From: the human T2T-CHM13v2.0 reference genome, Homo sapiens
Length of the DNA stretch: 64,000 nt
Direction: 5' to 3' (one strand)
Assembly (NCBI RefSeq): GCF_009914755.1
Contig: NC_060932.1
Shown: positions 43,342 through 56,730 of the stretch, piece by piece
Position numbering within the stretch: the first letter of the stretch is position 1
How the letters are laid out: every line of letters begins with the position of its first letter
Translations under genes and position numbers: made by a program
The notes under the pieces: model-generated
Told to the model about the DNA's origin: nothing
Database searches by the model: none
Seen by the model: the letters and a program-made list of their open reading frames with translations, nothing else

Positions 43342-45373
43342 AGTCATTAGGTTTTTCTGAATAAGATCACATCATCTGCAAACAAGTATAATTTGAATTC
43401 TTCTCTTTAAATTTAGATGCTCTTTATTTCTTTCTCTTTTCTAATTATTCTAGCTAGGACTTCCAGTACTATGTTGAATAACAGTGGTGAAAGTAGACAT
43501 CCTTGTCTTTTTTAAGATGTTAGAGAAAAGGCCTCCTGTTTTTCTCCATTTATTATGATACTAGCTGTGGGTCTGTTGTATACGGATTTTATTGTGTTGA
43601 GGTATGTTCCTTCTATACCCATTTTATGAGAGCTCTTTTTTGGTTATAAATTTTATCAAATTTTTCTGGATCAATTTAAATGATCATATCGTCTTTGTCC
43701 TTTGTTCTATTGTTATGATGCATCACATTGATTAATTTGCATACATTGAAACATCCATGCATCTCTGGGATAAGTCCAACGTGGTCTTGATGAATGATCT
43801 TTTTAATGTGTTGTTGAATTTGGTTCACTAGTGTTTTGTTGAGTTTTGAAACAATATTTAAGAATAGTATTGGCCTGTAGTTTTTTTTCTTTTTTTTTTT
43901 AATGTGTCTTTCTCTGGTTTCGGTATCAGGGTAATACTGGCCTCATAGAATGAGTTTGGAAGCACTCCTTCCTCCACTATTTTTGGAAATAGTTTGAGTA
44001 GGATTGGTATCAATTCCTCTTTAAATGTTTCACAGAATTCAGAAGTGAAGACATCAGGTACCAGGCTTTTCTTTGTTAGGGGCCTTTTTATTACAGCTTC
44101 AATCTTGTTACTTGTTATTGGTCTGCTCAGGTTGTGGATTTCTTCATGATTCTATCTTGGTAAGCTGTATCTGTTTCTTCTAGATTTTCCAATTTATTGG
44201 CATATAGTTGCTGGTAGTAGCCACTAATGATCTTTTGAATTTATGTGGTACCAGTTGTGATGTCTCCTTTTTCATCTCTGATTTTGTTTATTTGAGTCTT
44301 CTCTTTTTCTATGGCTAAAAGTTTGTCGATTTTGTTTATCTTTTCAAAAAACTCACTTTTTGTTTCATTGATCTTTTGTACTGTTTTCTTTATTTCTGCT
44401 CTGATCTTTATTATTTCCTTTCTTCTACTGATTTTTGGTTTGGTTTTCTCTTGCTTTTCTAGTTCTTTAAGACACATCGTTAGATTGTTTATTTGAATTT
44501 TTTCCTCTCTTTTGAGTAGGCACTTATAGCTATAAATTTTTCTCTCAGTTCTGCTTTTGTGGTATCCCACGGGTTTTTGTATGTTGTGTTTCCATTATCA
44601 TTTGTTTCAATTTTTTTCTTATTTCTTTATTGTTCCACCAGTCATTCAGGAGCATATTCCTTAATTTTCATGGGTTTGTACAGTTTCCAAAGTTTATCTT
44701 GTTATTGATTTCTAGTTTTATTTCATTGTGGTCAGATAAATACTTGGTATGATGTTAATTTTTTTGAATGTTTTAAGACTTGTTTTATGACCTAACATAT
44801 GGTCTATCCTTGACAATGATCCATGTACTGAGGAGAAAAATGCATACTTTGTAGCTGTTGGATGAAATGTTCTGTAAATATCTATTAGGTTCATGTAGTT
44901 TATACTACAGATTAAGTCCAGTATTTCTTTGTTGACTTTCTATCTGGGTGATCAGATCAATGCTGAAACTGGGATATTGAAATCTATTATACTGGGGTCT
45001 TTTTATTTGTATAAATTTAAGGGGTACAAAATCATAAATTAGCCCTTCCAAATCTCTTCTTTCCTTTTTTTTTTTTCCACTGTTGAAGTTGTGTTTGTTT
45101 GTTTTTTAAAGGTATTTTTTAAAGGTTTTTTTTTTTTTTTTGGTATTCCATGAGGGAAATCTGGAGTGATTATTTTTACCCTAGAACTTCTACAGATTAA
45201 TTTACATAATTATTTTCTCAGTATGTTACAGTAAAGATTTTGGGCAAAAAAGGATTAAGAATGATGAAATAAATAACTGGAGTCAAGATTTCTGTTGGCT
45301 AAAATTGGAAATTTGATGAGTGTTCCTCCTGGTCCTTTACATAAATCTGACCCTCAGTCACAACACTCTCTAG

Positions 45374-45780
<407 letters not shown>

Positions 45781-46335
45781 CTAGCCTATCATCTAGCTTT
45801 ATATATCTCATCTTCATATTTGTCTGAGATCCTTTTTCCTGCAAGCACCCTCTATCCACATTGTCAGGTAAAAGTGGGAGAGCTAAGGTTCTTAAGCTGT
45901 CACCATCTGAGATGTTGGGTCTGTTGCCCTGGGAGCAGTAGTGACAGACGGCGACACCCCTCACTGTATCTAGGCCGTACAAAGCAGCTTTGTGAAGACA
46001 ACCCAAGTTTGCGCCTACAGGTAACAGCCCTAAAATGTCAACTGTCAGAGACAAGAAAGGACTGGCCTCTTCCAGGCACCACCGACCCCATGATACCTAT
46101 AGATGCTGTCCATGTCCAAAGAGTTTCATGGGGAAATTCGCCACATTTCTAGTTTTATAATGTAAACAGGGAAACTTAAGTGAGTAGAATGTTCTTGTAA
46201 CTGATAATTTCAAGAGATTGAGTGGCCAAGCATTATCCTCTTTTTGCCACTAAATGCTGTTCAAACCAGTTTCTTGAGCTCATCTGTCAAAGTGCAGCGA
46301 ATAAAATAATTTTTGACTTAGAAATGATTTGATTT

Positions 46336-46630
<295 letters not shown>

Positions 46631-46759
46631 AGAAATGATTTGAATCATCGTCATTCTCAGTAACATGCATCATCTGACAAAGAAAACTTGTCAAGGGGAC
46701 GGTGGGACCTAAACCCAGCAGATCCTAGGGGAAATGCTCTGCAGATCTCACCTTCACAA

Positions 46760-47120
46760 GCCTGCATGTTGTGTTCTTGCCTCAGACTACAATATTCTGA
46801 AACCATTTATTGCAAACTGGCTTTTAACATCCCAGTCTCATCTTGTCAGTCATCCTTCAAAGAGGTCTTCTCTGACTACCCAAATTATAACAACTTTCTT
46901 TTTTTCTGATTTTAATATTCTACCCCTTTCATATGCTTGATTAGACTTCATGAGTCTTTTAATTATTTTATGTATTTTCTTTCCAGCTTGTTTATCACCT
47001 TTATCCTTTGAAGGAATGCAAGCCTAATAAGGACTGAAATTATGTCTGTATGTCTACCTTACTTGCTATTTTATCCCCAGGGTACAGATTTTTACACATG
47101 GTAAATTATAGGCAATATAT
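46760..47120 (+). mobile_element. L2 3' fragment
   Basis: aagaggtcttctctgactacc...gaatgcaagcc...tgtctgt...atccccagg. Confidence 0.5.
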
Positions 47121-48434
47121 CAGGTATCCTGACTGAATGCCACTAAACCACTTCTATTCTCTTTCCTGAAACTCCTGCATTTTGGCAACAAGTTCTGATA
47201 CAACTTTCTTTTTACCTCATGCCTTTCCTGTCTGGGCTACTGTTTTCCAAATTCTCTACCTATGGTTCCTTTATGTGGCTTACAAACCCAGCGGTTCATG
47301 CCCAGTGTCCTTCTTTGCCTTCTCCTGGTCTGGGCATGAAGTCTTCTATTCTGAAAGCTGACATTCTACATGTTTAAAATGCAATTACTTTCTACTTACA
47401 GACTCTAGCATCATCCAGCTCTATTGGTTCTTTATAGCTTCCTCTGTTTCTATGGAGATGGATGGATTTAGCTACTACTGTGTACGGCCAAAGATTATAG
47501 AAACAGAAAAGATGGGATTAACTTGGACACTCTTTGTGTAATTAGCATCTAATGGATCTATCCTCAAAATAGATCAGTTACAACCCCATTAGTCTAGAAT
47601 CATAGCTGCTCAGACTTCATGTTATAAGAGGTCGAATGATGATTCACAGCAGGGACTCTAAAAAGCACTTCTGGGGGAAAATGTTTACTGAATAAACAGT
47701 CTGATCACCAGAGAGAGAATGACTCATTTTTGTTTCCTGCCTTAATGTGTGAAAATGCTTTTCCTATAGAAATGGACTGCATTAAGAAGCTTGGAGGCAT
47801 TTTGCCAGACTCATTTGTGCAGTGGATTAGGATGTAAATATCATTATTGAATTGTATGTCTTAGAGAAGAAAGAGAAGCATGTATGGTGTGTACAATTTC
47901 TCTTCACTTTCAAAACCATGCTACAAGATTTTTTTTTTTTTTAACTCTGGTAGGAAAGAGTCTATAAAAGTCTTCCCTTTCACAAAATAGAAAAATTAGG
48001 CTGAGAAGACAAGGGGTTAGAACAATGTCAAAGACCTAACAAGTCACACAGTGAGCCTAAATCCTGGGTGTTCTGATTCCTGATACTTCTCAAGGCAGAA
48101 CACTTTCTCTCAATTACTTGGCAGCCTCTCACACTTACAAAATTTTAAGTCATATATCATGATAGAAGATGGAAGCTTCTTGACTAAAGATAAAAGGAAA
48201 ATTACAAAACCATACAGCAGAAAGTAGAAATTATGATGGAGCTCATGGCCAGGAAGTAATTTCAAATCAGACTACCCTCTGTCCTCACTTAACAAAAAGC
48301 ATTACCCCCATTTTTCAAGGTGTCTCTGCTGTTGTCCTAAATTGTGATCTAAGCTGAAGTCTCATGGATTAGCATATGTTGCTTATTCCATTAAATCACA
48401 CTGCTTTCGGACGAACTTGAATGGCCCTAAAGGT

Positions 48435-48950
48435 GTGTGGTAGAAATATTTGCTATCCTGTCTCACAGTGTCGTGGTCCTCCTTTTTGATCCAGTAATTG
48501 TGGTATCAACCACCTGTATGTAAGTGTAGTCTCATGGCTCTTGGTGTCAGCTATACCATGCCTAACTTGCTCCGATCTGCAGTCTCTTTGTTCTCTTTGT
48601 GGCAACAGCATGCAACATCAGGAAAAATAAAGGGATTAATACCACAGGGGAGATATTGACAAATAGGGCACGGACTTCAATGGACAAGTGTCCACTTCCC
48701 TATGCCTCATGTAGATTACACTGAAGAATACTCTCTGGGGTTTCTCACAGGGTGCTAGTGAAAGTTAGAATTCATTGCCCTGTGTAGCAAGCAGCTCAAT
48801 TATTCTCCCTTGCTATTTATTTTCCTGAAACCTTCAATGTTTCGCAGTCCACCCACTTTTTTCCCACAGGGTTACATTCTAAAATAAATTGTCTGTGTAC
48901 ATATGCTTGCTTACGGTCTGTTCAGGGAGAAAAGCTGCACAGGACTATTT
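48435..48950 (+). mobile_element. LTR16-like ERVL LTR
   Basis: 3' end ttacattctaaaataaattgtctgtgtac...ggtctgttcagggaga resembles LTR16 R/U5. Confidence 0.5.
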
Positions 48951-48967
48951 CTTGTGTACTTAGTAGA

Positions 48968-49557
48968 TGCATTAGCCATACTTCTCCAAAGAAACAGAAC
49001 CAATAGAATCCATCTGTCAATTGATTTATTACAAAGAATAAACTCATGGAATTATGGAGACTAAAAAGTCTTAAGATCTGCAGCTGGCAAGTGGGAGACC
49101 CAGAATAGCTGATGGTACAGTTCCAGTTCACATCCGAAGCCCTAAGAAGCAGGAGAGCTGATTGTGCAAATTACAGTCCTAGTCTGAGTTCAAAGGCAGG
49201 AGATAAGAAAAGTCCCAGCTCAAAGACAGGCAGAGTTCCCTCTTATGTAGCCTTTTTGCTCAAGTTAGGTTTTTAATTAATGGGATGAGACCCACCCACA
49301 TTGGGGAAAGCAATCTGCTTTTCTTTTTTCTTTTTTTTTTTTATTATACTTTAAGTTTTAGGGTACATGTGCACATTGTGCAGGTTAGTTACATATGTAT
49401 ACATGTGCCATGCTGGTGAGCAATCTGCTTTTCTACATCTACTTATTCAAACGTTAATCTAATTCAAAAACACTCTCACAGTCACATCCCAAATAGTGTT
49501 TAACCAAATGTCTGTTATCACATAGCCCAGTCAAGCTGACATATAAAATTAATCACA
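48968..49557 (-). mobile_element. MLT2-family solo LTR
   Basis: ttctccaaagaaacagaaccaatag...ggagacccagaatagctgatgg...gcccagtcaagctgacatataaaattaatcaca. Confidence 0.85.
49325..49418 (-). mobile_element. 94-bp young L1 (L1PA2-like) 3' terminus
   Basis: Sense reading caccagcatggcacatgtatacatatgtaactaacctgcacaatgtgcacatgtaccctaaaacttaaagtataat plus poly(A); perfect TSD agcaatctgcttttct at 49309-49324 and 49419-49434. Confidence 0.95.
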
Positions 49558-49708
49558 GTGGGGTAGAGTATTGCATTCATCAAAATTAATAAAAAAGCTG
49601 TATGTTCTAAAATTTATATATGTTATGTTATAAATCCTTTTGAAAATCCACATATCAGATAGATAGTCATTTTTAATTTTAACTTACAGAGACAAAAAAC
49701 TAAGGAAC

Positions 49709-50107
<399 letters not shown>

Positions 50108-50515
50108 CTAAAATCAAATACTACCTTTCTAAGGAGGTCAAAGTCATGTCCCAGGCACACCAAAATAATGTGATTATTATTTTTTTATTCAAAATCTAAG
50201 CTTCTTAGTATGTTACCCAAATCCATTATGATGATTACACTGTTATCTATTCATGCTTATTTATTTTCGACAACCCAATCCTTATTGGTTTGTTTTATGA
50301 CAATTAAATGAGATAATTTGTAAAAAGTACCAATAAGTACTAGTTATTGCTGTCCTTTGACTTCCACTTTATTAAGAAATAGAGACATAGGTATGAATAA
50401 ATATAAATACATAGACACAGAAATGGAAATCAAATAAGTGTATTCATAGCTTCATTTGAGAATGTCTGTTTTAATGTTCTTACATTACTTGTTTCAACAA
50501 TGTTCTCATGGAAAT

Positions 50516-50888
50516 TGTATTAGTCCGTTATCACACTGCTATGAAGAAATACCCGAGACTGCGTAATTTATAAAGAAAAGAGGACTACTTGACTCGCAGT
50601 TCCACATGGCTGGGGAGGACTCAGGAAAACTTACAATCATGGCAGAAGTCACCTCTTCACAGGATGACAGGAGAGAGAATGAGTGCAAGCACGGGAAATG
50701 CCAGATGCTTATAAAATCATCAGATCCCTTCAGTCATCAGAGACTCACTCATTTTCATAAGATTAGCATAGGGGAAACCATCCCCATGATTCATTTACCT
50801 CCACCTGGTCTCACCCTTGATATGTGGGGATATGGGGATTACAGTTCAAGGTGAGATTTGGATGGGGCCACAGAGCCAAACCATATCA
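50516..50888 (-). mobile_element. THE1 (C/D-like) MaLR solo LTR
   Basis: tgtattagtcc...gccaaaccatatca; perfect 5-bp TSD gaaat at 50511-50515 and 50889-50893. Confidence 0.9.
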
Positions 50889-51177
50889 GAAATCCTCACA
50901 TATTTAACCATCACTTTAATAACATTTATTTCTAATTTCTAAAGTGACACAAAAATGAATAAAATAATGCATGTGTTATAAAAAATTTGTAAAGTACCAT
51001 AATCTATATTTTTAAAAAAAACATATCTTCTCTACCACCTTGAGAATAACTATTAATATTTAATGATAATGTATTTGTGTGAATGTACATTTCTATCTTT
51101 ATGTTTGTTTCTATATACCCATCCATATGTTCACCTATATCCACTACAGCAGTTTAGCTAACATATAAAAATATAGA

Positions 51178-51553
51178 TGTGATGATTAATTTTAGGGGTC
51201 AACTTCATTGAATAAAACATAGCCAAATAGATGGCAAAGCATTATTTCTAGCTGTGTCTGTGAGGGTGTTTCTGGAAGGCACTGGCATTTGAATCAGTGA
51301 ACTGAAAAAGGAAGATTCACTGTCATCCAGTATGGGTGGGCACAATCCAGTCAGCTGAAGGTCCACATATATATTTAAAAAAAAGCTTTTCTAGCTTCCT
51401 AGATTGCAGACAGTGTGTCATTTTCAGCCTCCCTTATCATATGAGCCGATTCCCCTAATGAAGCCCCTCTCATATATCTCTGTCTTTTATCTAACAATCA
51501 GTTATCTATCTATCCTATTGGTTCTGTCTCTTTGGAGAACCCTTGCCTAATAA
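51178..51553 (+). mobile_element. MLT2B-like solo LTR, internally deleted
   Basis: tgtgatgattaatttt...gtgtctgtgagggtgtttc...cctattggttctgtctctttggagaaccc. Confidence 0.8.
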
Positions 51554-51950
51554 ATAGGAAAATGATGATATATGTATTTTCTTTCAGATGTTTCAGTTTG
51601 GAGTGAGGTGATGTCTTTTGAAGGCTGCTTCAGTTTCAGTGAAAGCAGATGATGTAGGGAAATAAAAACATTCATAACAAGTTTTGCCGGGTGGGATGGT
51701 GGCATTTCAAAGTGAGTTTGGTAACTGAGAAGAGACCTTGATTGACAGGATTTTCCAGATTAGTCCGTCACTCACAACAGATACCAATTATCAATATTAG
51801 GAAGATAGGAAAGTGATTATTAACATAGACAATGTGGAGATGATCCCAGGAGTTTCTCATCTCTTATAAGGCACCAGAGGAAGGTGTATGAAATCAGAGG
51901 AAAGCTGTCTGTCTCAGCTCTCTTTTACTATTGGTGTAGGCTTGCATATA

Positions 51951-52318
51951 TGCTGTGATCTGAATGTTTGTGTGCCCTACAGATTCATATATTAAAATTA
52001 TATCTCCCCGGGTGATAGCATTAGGAGGTTAGGTTATTGAAAAGTGATTAGGTGATGAAGGCAAATTCCCTTCTGACTGGAATTAGTTTTCTTATAAAAT
52101 AAGCCAAGGAAGTCTAGCTAGCTCCTTTTACTGTGTGAGAACATGGCAAGAAAATGCCATTTATGAATCAGAAAATGGGCCTCTACCAGATATCAATTCT
52201 TTTAGCAATTTGTTTCTGGTCTTCCAAGCCCCCAGAACTGTGAGAAATCCATTTCTGTTGTTTCTAAAGCACCCAGTTTTTGGTATTTTTTCATAGCAGT
52301 TTGAACAGGTTAAGAATA
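51951..52318 (+). mobile_element. MLT1A-like solo LTR
   Basis: tgctgtgatctgaatgtttgtgt...cagaactgtgagaaat...tttctgttgttt...aagcacccagt. Confidence 0.85.
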
Positions 52319-52915
52319 TATTTAGCTTAGTATATTTATTAAACTTTACTTTTATTCTCCATAAAATGAGAATCAGTAGTCACCCTATTAAGTCTTAGTG
52401 TATTATTATCTATTCAACAAATATGTTGAATAAATAAATGAATGAACAAATATAAAAATGCCTTACCAACCGTTTGCTTTATAAAAAAATATAAGCAGCA
52501 GAGGAGGCCAAGCAAGATGGTGGAATGGAGGGCTCCACCAATTGTCCCCCCATTCAAAGGCACCAATTTAACAATTATTTACACAGAAAACAAACAAACA
52601 AAAGCACCTTCATAAGAACAAAAATTAAGTTAACACTCACAATACCAGGTTTTAACTTCATATCACTGAAAGCAGCACCGAAGAGGTATGAAAAAGAGTC
52701 TTGAATCACTGATGCCATGCCTCCTCCAACCCCCGGCAGCAGCAGTCTGGAGAGCGTTTCTGTGCATTGGAGAGGAGAACTCAGCAGTTGTAAGGCATTG
52801 AACTCAGTGCTGCCTTGTTAAAGCAGAAATAATAAGCAGACCAAACTCAGCTGACACCTGTCCCTGGAGAGAGCATTTAAACCAGCTCACGCCAGAGGGG
52901 AATTGCTGGTCCCAG

Positions 52916-54337
52916 TGTGTCTGGAATTGGTGGGTTCTTGGTCTCACTGACTTCAAGAATGAAGCCGCGGACCCTCGCGGTGAGTGTTACAGTTCTTAAA
53001 GGCGGTGTGTCCGGAGTTTGTTCCTTCTGATGTTCAGATGTGTTCGGAGTTTCTTCCTTCTGGTGGGTTCGTGGTCTCGCTGGCTCAGGAGTGAAGCTGC
53101 AGACCTTCGCGGTGAGTGTTACAGCTCTTAAGGCGGCGCGTCTGGAGTTGTTCTTTCCTCCCGGTGGGTTCGTGGTCTCGCTGGCTTCAGGAGTGAAGCT
53201 GTAGACCTTCGCGGTGAGTGTTACAGCTCATAAAAGCAGTGTGGACCCGAAGAGTGAGCAGTAGCAAGATTTATTGCAAAGAGCGAAAGAACAAAGCCTC
53301 CACAGTGTGAAAGGGGACCCGAACGGGTTGCCACTGCTGGCTCGGGCAGCCTGCTTTTATTCTCTGGCCCCACCCACATCCTGCTGATTGGTAGAGCCGA
53401 GTGGTCTCTTTTGGCAGGGCACTGATTGATGCGTTTACAATCCCTGAGCTAGACACAAAGGTTTTCCACGTCCCCACCAGATTAGCTAGATACAGAGTGT
53501 GGACACAAAGGTTCTCCAAGGCCCCACCAGAGTAGCTAGATAGAGAGTGTCGATTGGTGCATTCACAAACCCTGAGCTAGACACAGGGTGCTGATTGGTG
53601 TATTTACAAACCTTGAGCTAGATACAGAGTGCCGATTGGTGTATTTACAATCCCTGAGCTAGACAAAGGTTCTCCACGTCCCCACCAGACTCAGGAGCCC
53701 AGCTGGCTTCACCCAGTGGATCCCACACCAGGGCTGCAGGTGGAGCTGCCTGCCAGTCCCGGTGCCGTGCGCCCGCACTCCTCAGCCCTTGGGTGGTCGA
53801 TGGGACTGGGTGCCGTGGAGCAGGGGGTGGTGCTCGTCTGGGAGGCTCAGGCCACACAGGAGCCCATGGAGGGGGTGGGAGGCTCAGGCATGGTGAGCTG
53901 CAGGTCCCGAGCCCTGCCCTGCGGGAAGGCAGCTAAGGCCCGGTGAGAAATCGAGCACAGTGCCAGTGGGCTGGCACTGCTGGGGGACCCAGTACACCCT
54001 CCACAGCCGCTGGCCCGGGTGCTAAGCCCCTCATTGCCTGGGGCTGGCAGGGCCGGCCGGCTGCTCCCAGTGCGGGGCCTGCCAAGCCCACGCCCACCCG
54101 GAACTCCAGCTGGCCCGCAAGCAACATGCACAGCCTGGGTTCCCGCTCACGCCTCTCCATCCACACCTCCCTGCAAGCTGAGGGAGCGGGCTCCGGCCTT
54201 GGCCAGCCCAGAAAGGGGCTCTCACAGTGCAGCGGTGGGCTGAAGGGCTCAAGTGCTGCCAAAGTGGGAGCCCAGTCAGAGGAGGCGCCGAGCGCAAGTG
54301 AGGGCTGTGAGGACTGCCAGCACACTGTCACCTCTCA
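52916..54337 (-). mobile_element. LTR12C-type 3' LTR of an ERV9 provirus
   Basis: On the - strand begins tgagaggtgacag and ends ccagacaca; GC-rich U3, CCAAT array at ~53385-53640, U5 tandem repeats; preceded by polypurine tract agagggggat. Confidence 0.95.
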
Positions 54338-55044
54338 ATCCCCCCTCTAAACAGGACACCCCAACTGCTGTTGGGAATTTGGCCGATGACCGCTCTAGCT
54401 ACTTCCTGCTGGATAGGGGTGAAGAAGGGGCCCTGCAGTTGTAGTGTCCTTCTGAGGGGAACTCTCTAGGCCAGGCGAGGTGCCAGCAGGTTGGTCCAGG
54501 GGTCTTCGGTAGAAATTGTTAGTTGAACTCATTTGGGGTTCCATTTGTAAGACTATCTGTAGCTTGATGGCCTCGATTCCAGAGGAAACAAATTTGACAA
54601 GAAGGTTAAAAATACAGGGCCCCAAGGCGAGTAACAGCAACATGGCTGCCACGGGACCTAGAAAGGGGAGAAGCCATGTTGCCCAACTCCAGAGATTGGT
54701 ATAAGAATTTGAAAGGCGTTGTCTGATTTCAGAAGCCTTTTCCTGTAAACGCCGGGTGGCGTCTCGTACTATCCCTGACTGGTTAGTGTAAAAACAACAT
54801 TCTTCCCCTAAGAAGGTGCAGAGTCCTTTCTTAGCAGTGAGGAGGTCTAGGCCTCGGCGGTTTTTGGAGAGTCACTGCTGCCAAACAGTCTATTTGGGAT
54901 TGTAAAGTAAGGATAGATTTCATTATTTCTTGCAAACTGTTTGAGAGGCAGATATGGGTTGAAGATCCACATAAGTAGAATATGCCTTGGCTGGGTAGAT
55001 AGACATTTACCCTGGCTTTTAAAGGAATAGGGTACACTGTTTTT
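54338..55044 (-). pseudogene. ERV9-type env remnant (SU tail fused to TM), frameshifted
   Basis: Minus-strand translations LPSQGIFYLCG...LTLQSQIDCLAAVTLQ, RGLDLLTA, LCTFLGEECCFYTNQSG (CX6CC) and GPCIFNLLVKFVSSGIEAIKLQ. Confidence 0.9.
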
Positions 55045-56254
55045 TCACCAGCAGTCAGAACCTCTCACCAGCAGTCAGAACATGAGTTCCTCCAAGTCTC
55101 GCCACTGTGGGCTAAAGGGCTCTAGGGTCTTAAATAAACTTTAAAGGCAGTGTAGGCCACACAGACTGCAACCCCTGGGCAAATCCTAGTTCTGAACTGG
55201 GCCCAGAGCCAGAGGAGTGCAGGGGCACAAGACCTACTGAGACACCAGCTGGGGCAGCTAAGGGAGTGCTGGCGTCATTCCTCCCTTAAGCCTAGGCTGC
55301 AGAGCTCGGGGCTCTAAAAGGGACCCCTTCTTCTACTTGAGGAGAGGAGAGAGAACAGTAGTGAAGACTTTGTCTTGCATCTTGAATACCAGCTTAGGCA
55401 TAGCAGGATAAGGTACCAAAGACATGAGGCTCCCTTTCTAGACGCTACCTCCTGTACCACATCTCTAAACACACACGGGTCAGAAGGGAACCTGCTGCCT
55501 TAAAGGAAAGGATCCAGTTCTGGCAGGCTTCATAACCTGTTAACTGTAGAGCCCTTGGGCCCAGAATAACAAGTAGTGATTCCCAGAGGGCTTGGGTGAA
55601 ATGAAACTACATAGAGGGCTTGGGTGAAATATTGAGACTTGCTGGCTTCAGGTGAGACAGCACATCCCCACCTGTGGTGGCTATGGGGCGAGACTTCTGC
55701 TTGAGAAAAGCAGAGGGAAAAGTAAAGGGGATGTTTTCTTGCATGTTAGGTACCAGTTTAGTCAGAGGGTAGACCAAGTGAGCTGTTGGGGTCCCTGATT
55801 CCAAGCCTTGGCTCTTGGATGGAATTTCTGGACCTGTCTTGGGCCAGAAGGATGCCCATTTTCACCATTATTCAGTATAATATTAGAAGTCCTAGCTAGA
55901 GCAGTCAGGCATAAGAAAGAAATACAGGTAATGCAAATTGGAATGGAAAAGTTCAAATTATTTTGGTTGGCAACTGGTATAATCTTATATTTGGAAAAAC
56001 CTAGAGATGCATAAAAATACTATTAGAACTAAAAGTATAGTGAGGCAACATGGAGGAATGGAAAAACAAAATGTACTGAGATGCAGTTGGTCTAGGTTTA
56101 CAGTGCAGCTGCTTATGTTTCCCTTAAGCAACTCGATCAGTTTTGCTCCACTTTCTCCATCTCTATGAGGGCTTCATCTTTTAATAAAGGACTGATGACT
56201 AAATGTTAAGAGCTCATTCCATGCCAGGGACATGTCTAAACATGTAGAGCTCAG

Positions 56255-56730
56255 TGGCATGTCTCTCCTACAGCCATTGTCCTCCTGTGTTATAAGAATG
56301 TCCTTCATTTTCTCCAGTAAAACATCCTTTTCCAAATTCAACCTCATTGTGTAGGAGGAATTGACATGGCCCTACACCACAGATCACTTTCATTCTTGAC
56401 TTGCTAAGTAAATTAGCACATTGTCCTCCACTGGCTGCAGGGATTGATTCAGGGTGAAAATTTACTTCCAAATCAAGCCAATGAGAATTAAGGCAATGCT
56501 TGCTGGGATTTCTGGGAATGAAAGATTCTTCCACTTCATCTAGACATTGTGTGAGAAGATCAGCAATTTATTAGCCCAATCTGAAAATGAAGAATGTGCT
56601 CGAAAGTAGTAAGGCTAAAATATGGATACTGGGAATCACATGTGCAGCTTGTATCTTTGTAATTTATATTTATGTAAACCAATATGTGCATGTAAATTTA
56701 TTCAAATGAAGTATTTTCTGTTTAAACCCA
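56255..56730 (+). mobile_element. Old MLT1 (I/J/K-like) LTR, with MIR fragments on both flanks
   Basis: ctggctgcagggattgattcagggtg...caagccaatgagaa...ttgctgggatttctggga...gtattttctgtt. Confidence 0.5.

Larger units (their letters stand above)
52500..56030 (+). mobile_element. L1MA/L1PB-type 5' UTR (52500-52915, 55068-55845) fused to a short ORF2 RT fragment (55846-56030)
   Basis: Starts agcaagatggtggaatggagggctccacc; resumes after the ERV9; ORF 55808-56014 gives GCPFSPLFSIILEVLARAVR...IILYLEKP. Confidence 0.8.

Noticed and set aside
45001-45030. About 30 bp resembling an antisense L1PB 3' terminus
   Set aside because: Too short to call and no TSD visible.
53629-54444. Cluster of GC-rich ORFs suggesting a CpG-island gene
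   Set aside because: They lie in LTR12C U3 (one extending into the env flank), where high GC suppresses stop codons.
54338-55044. Domesticated syncytin-like gene
   Set aside because: No signal peptide, most of SU missing, no furin site or fusion peptide, and a frameshift in the immunosuppressive domain.
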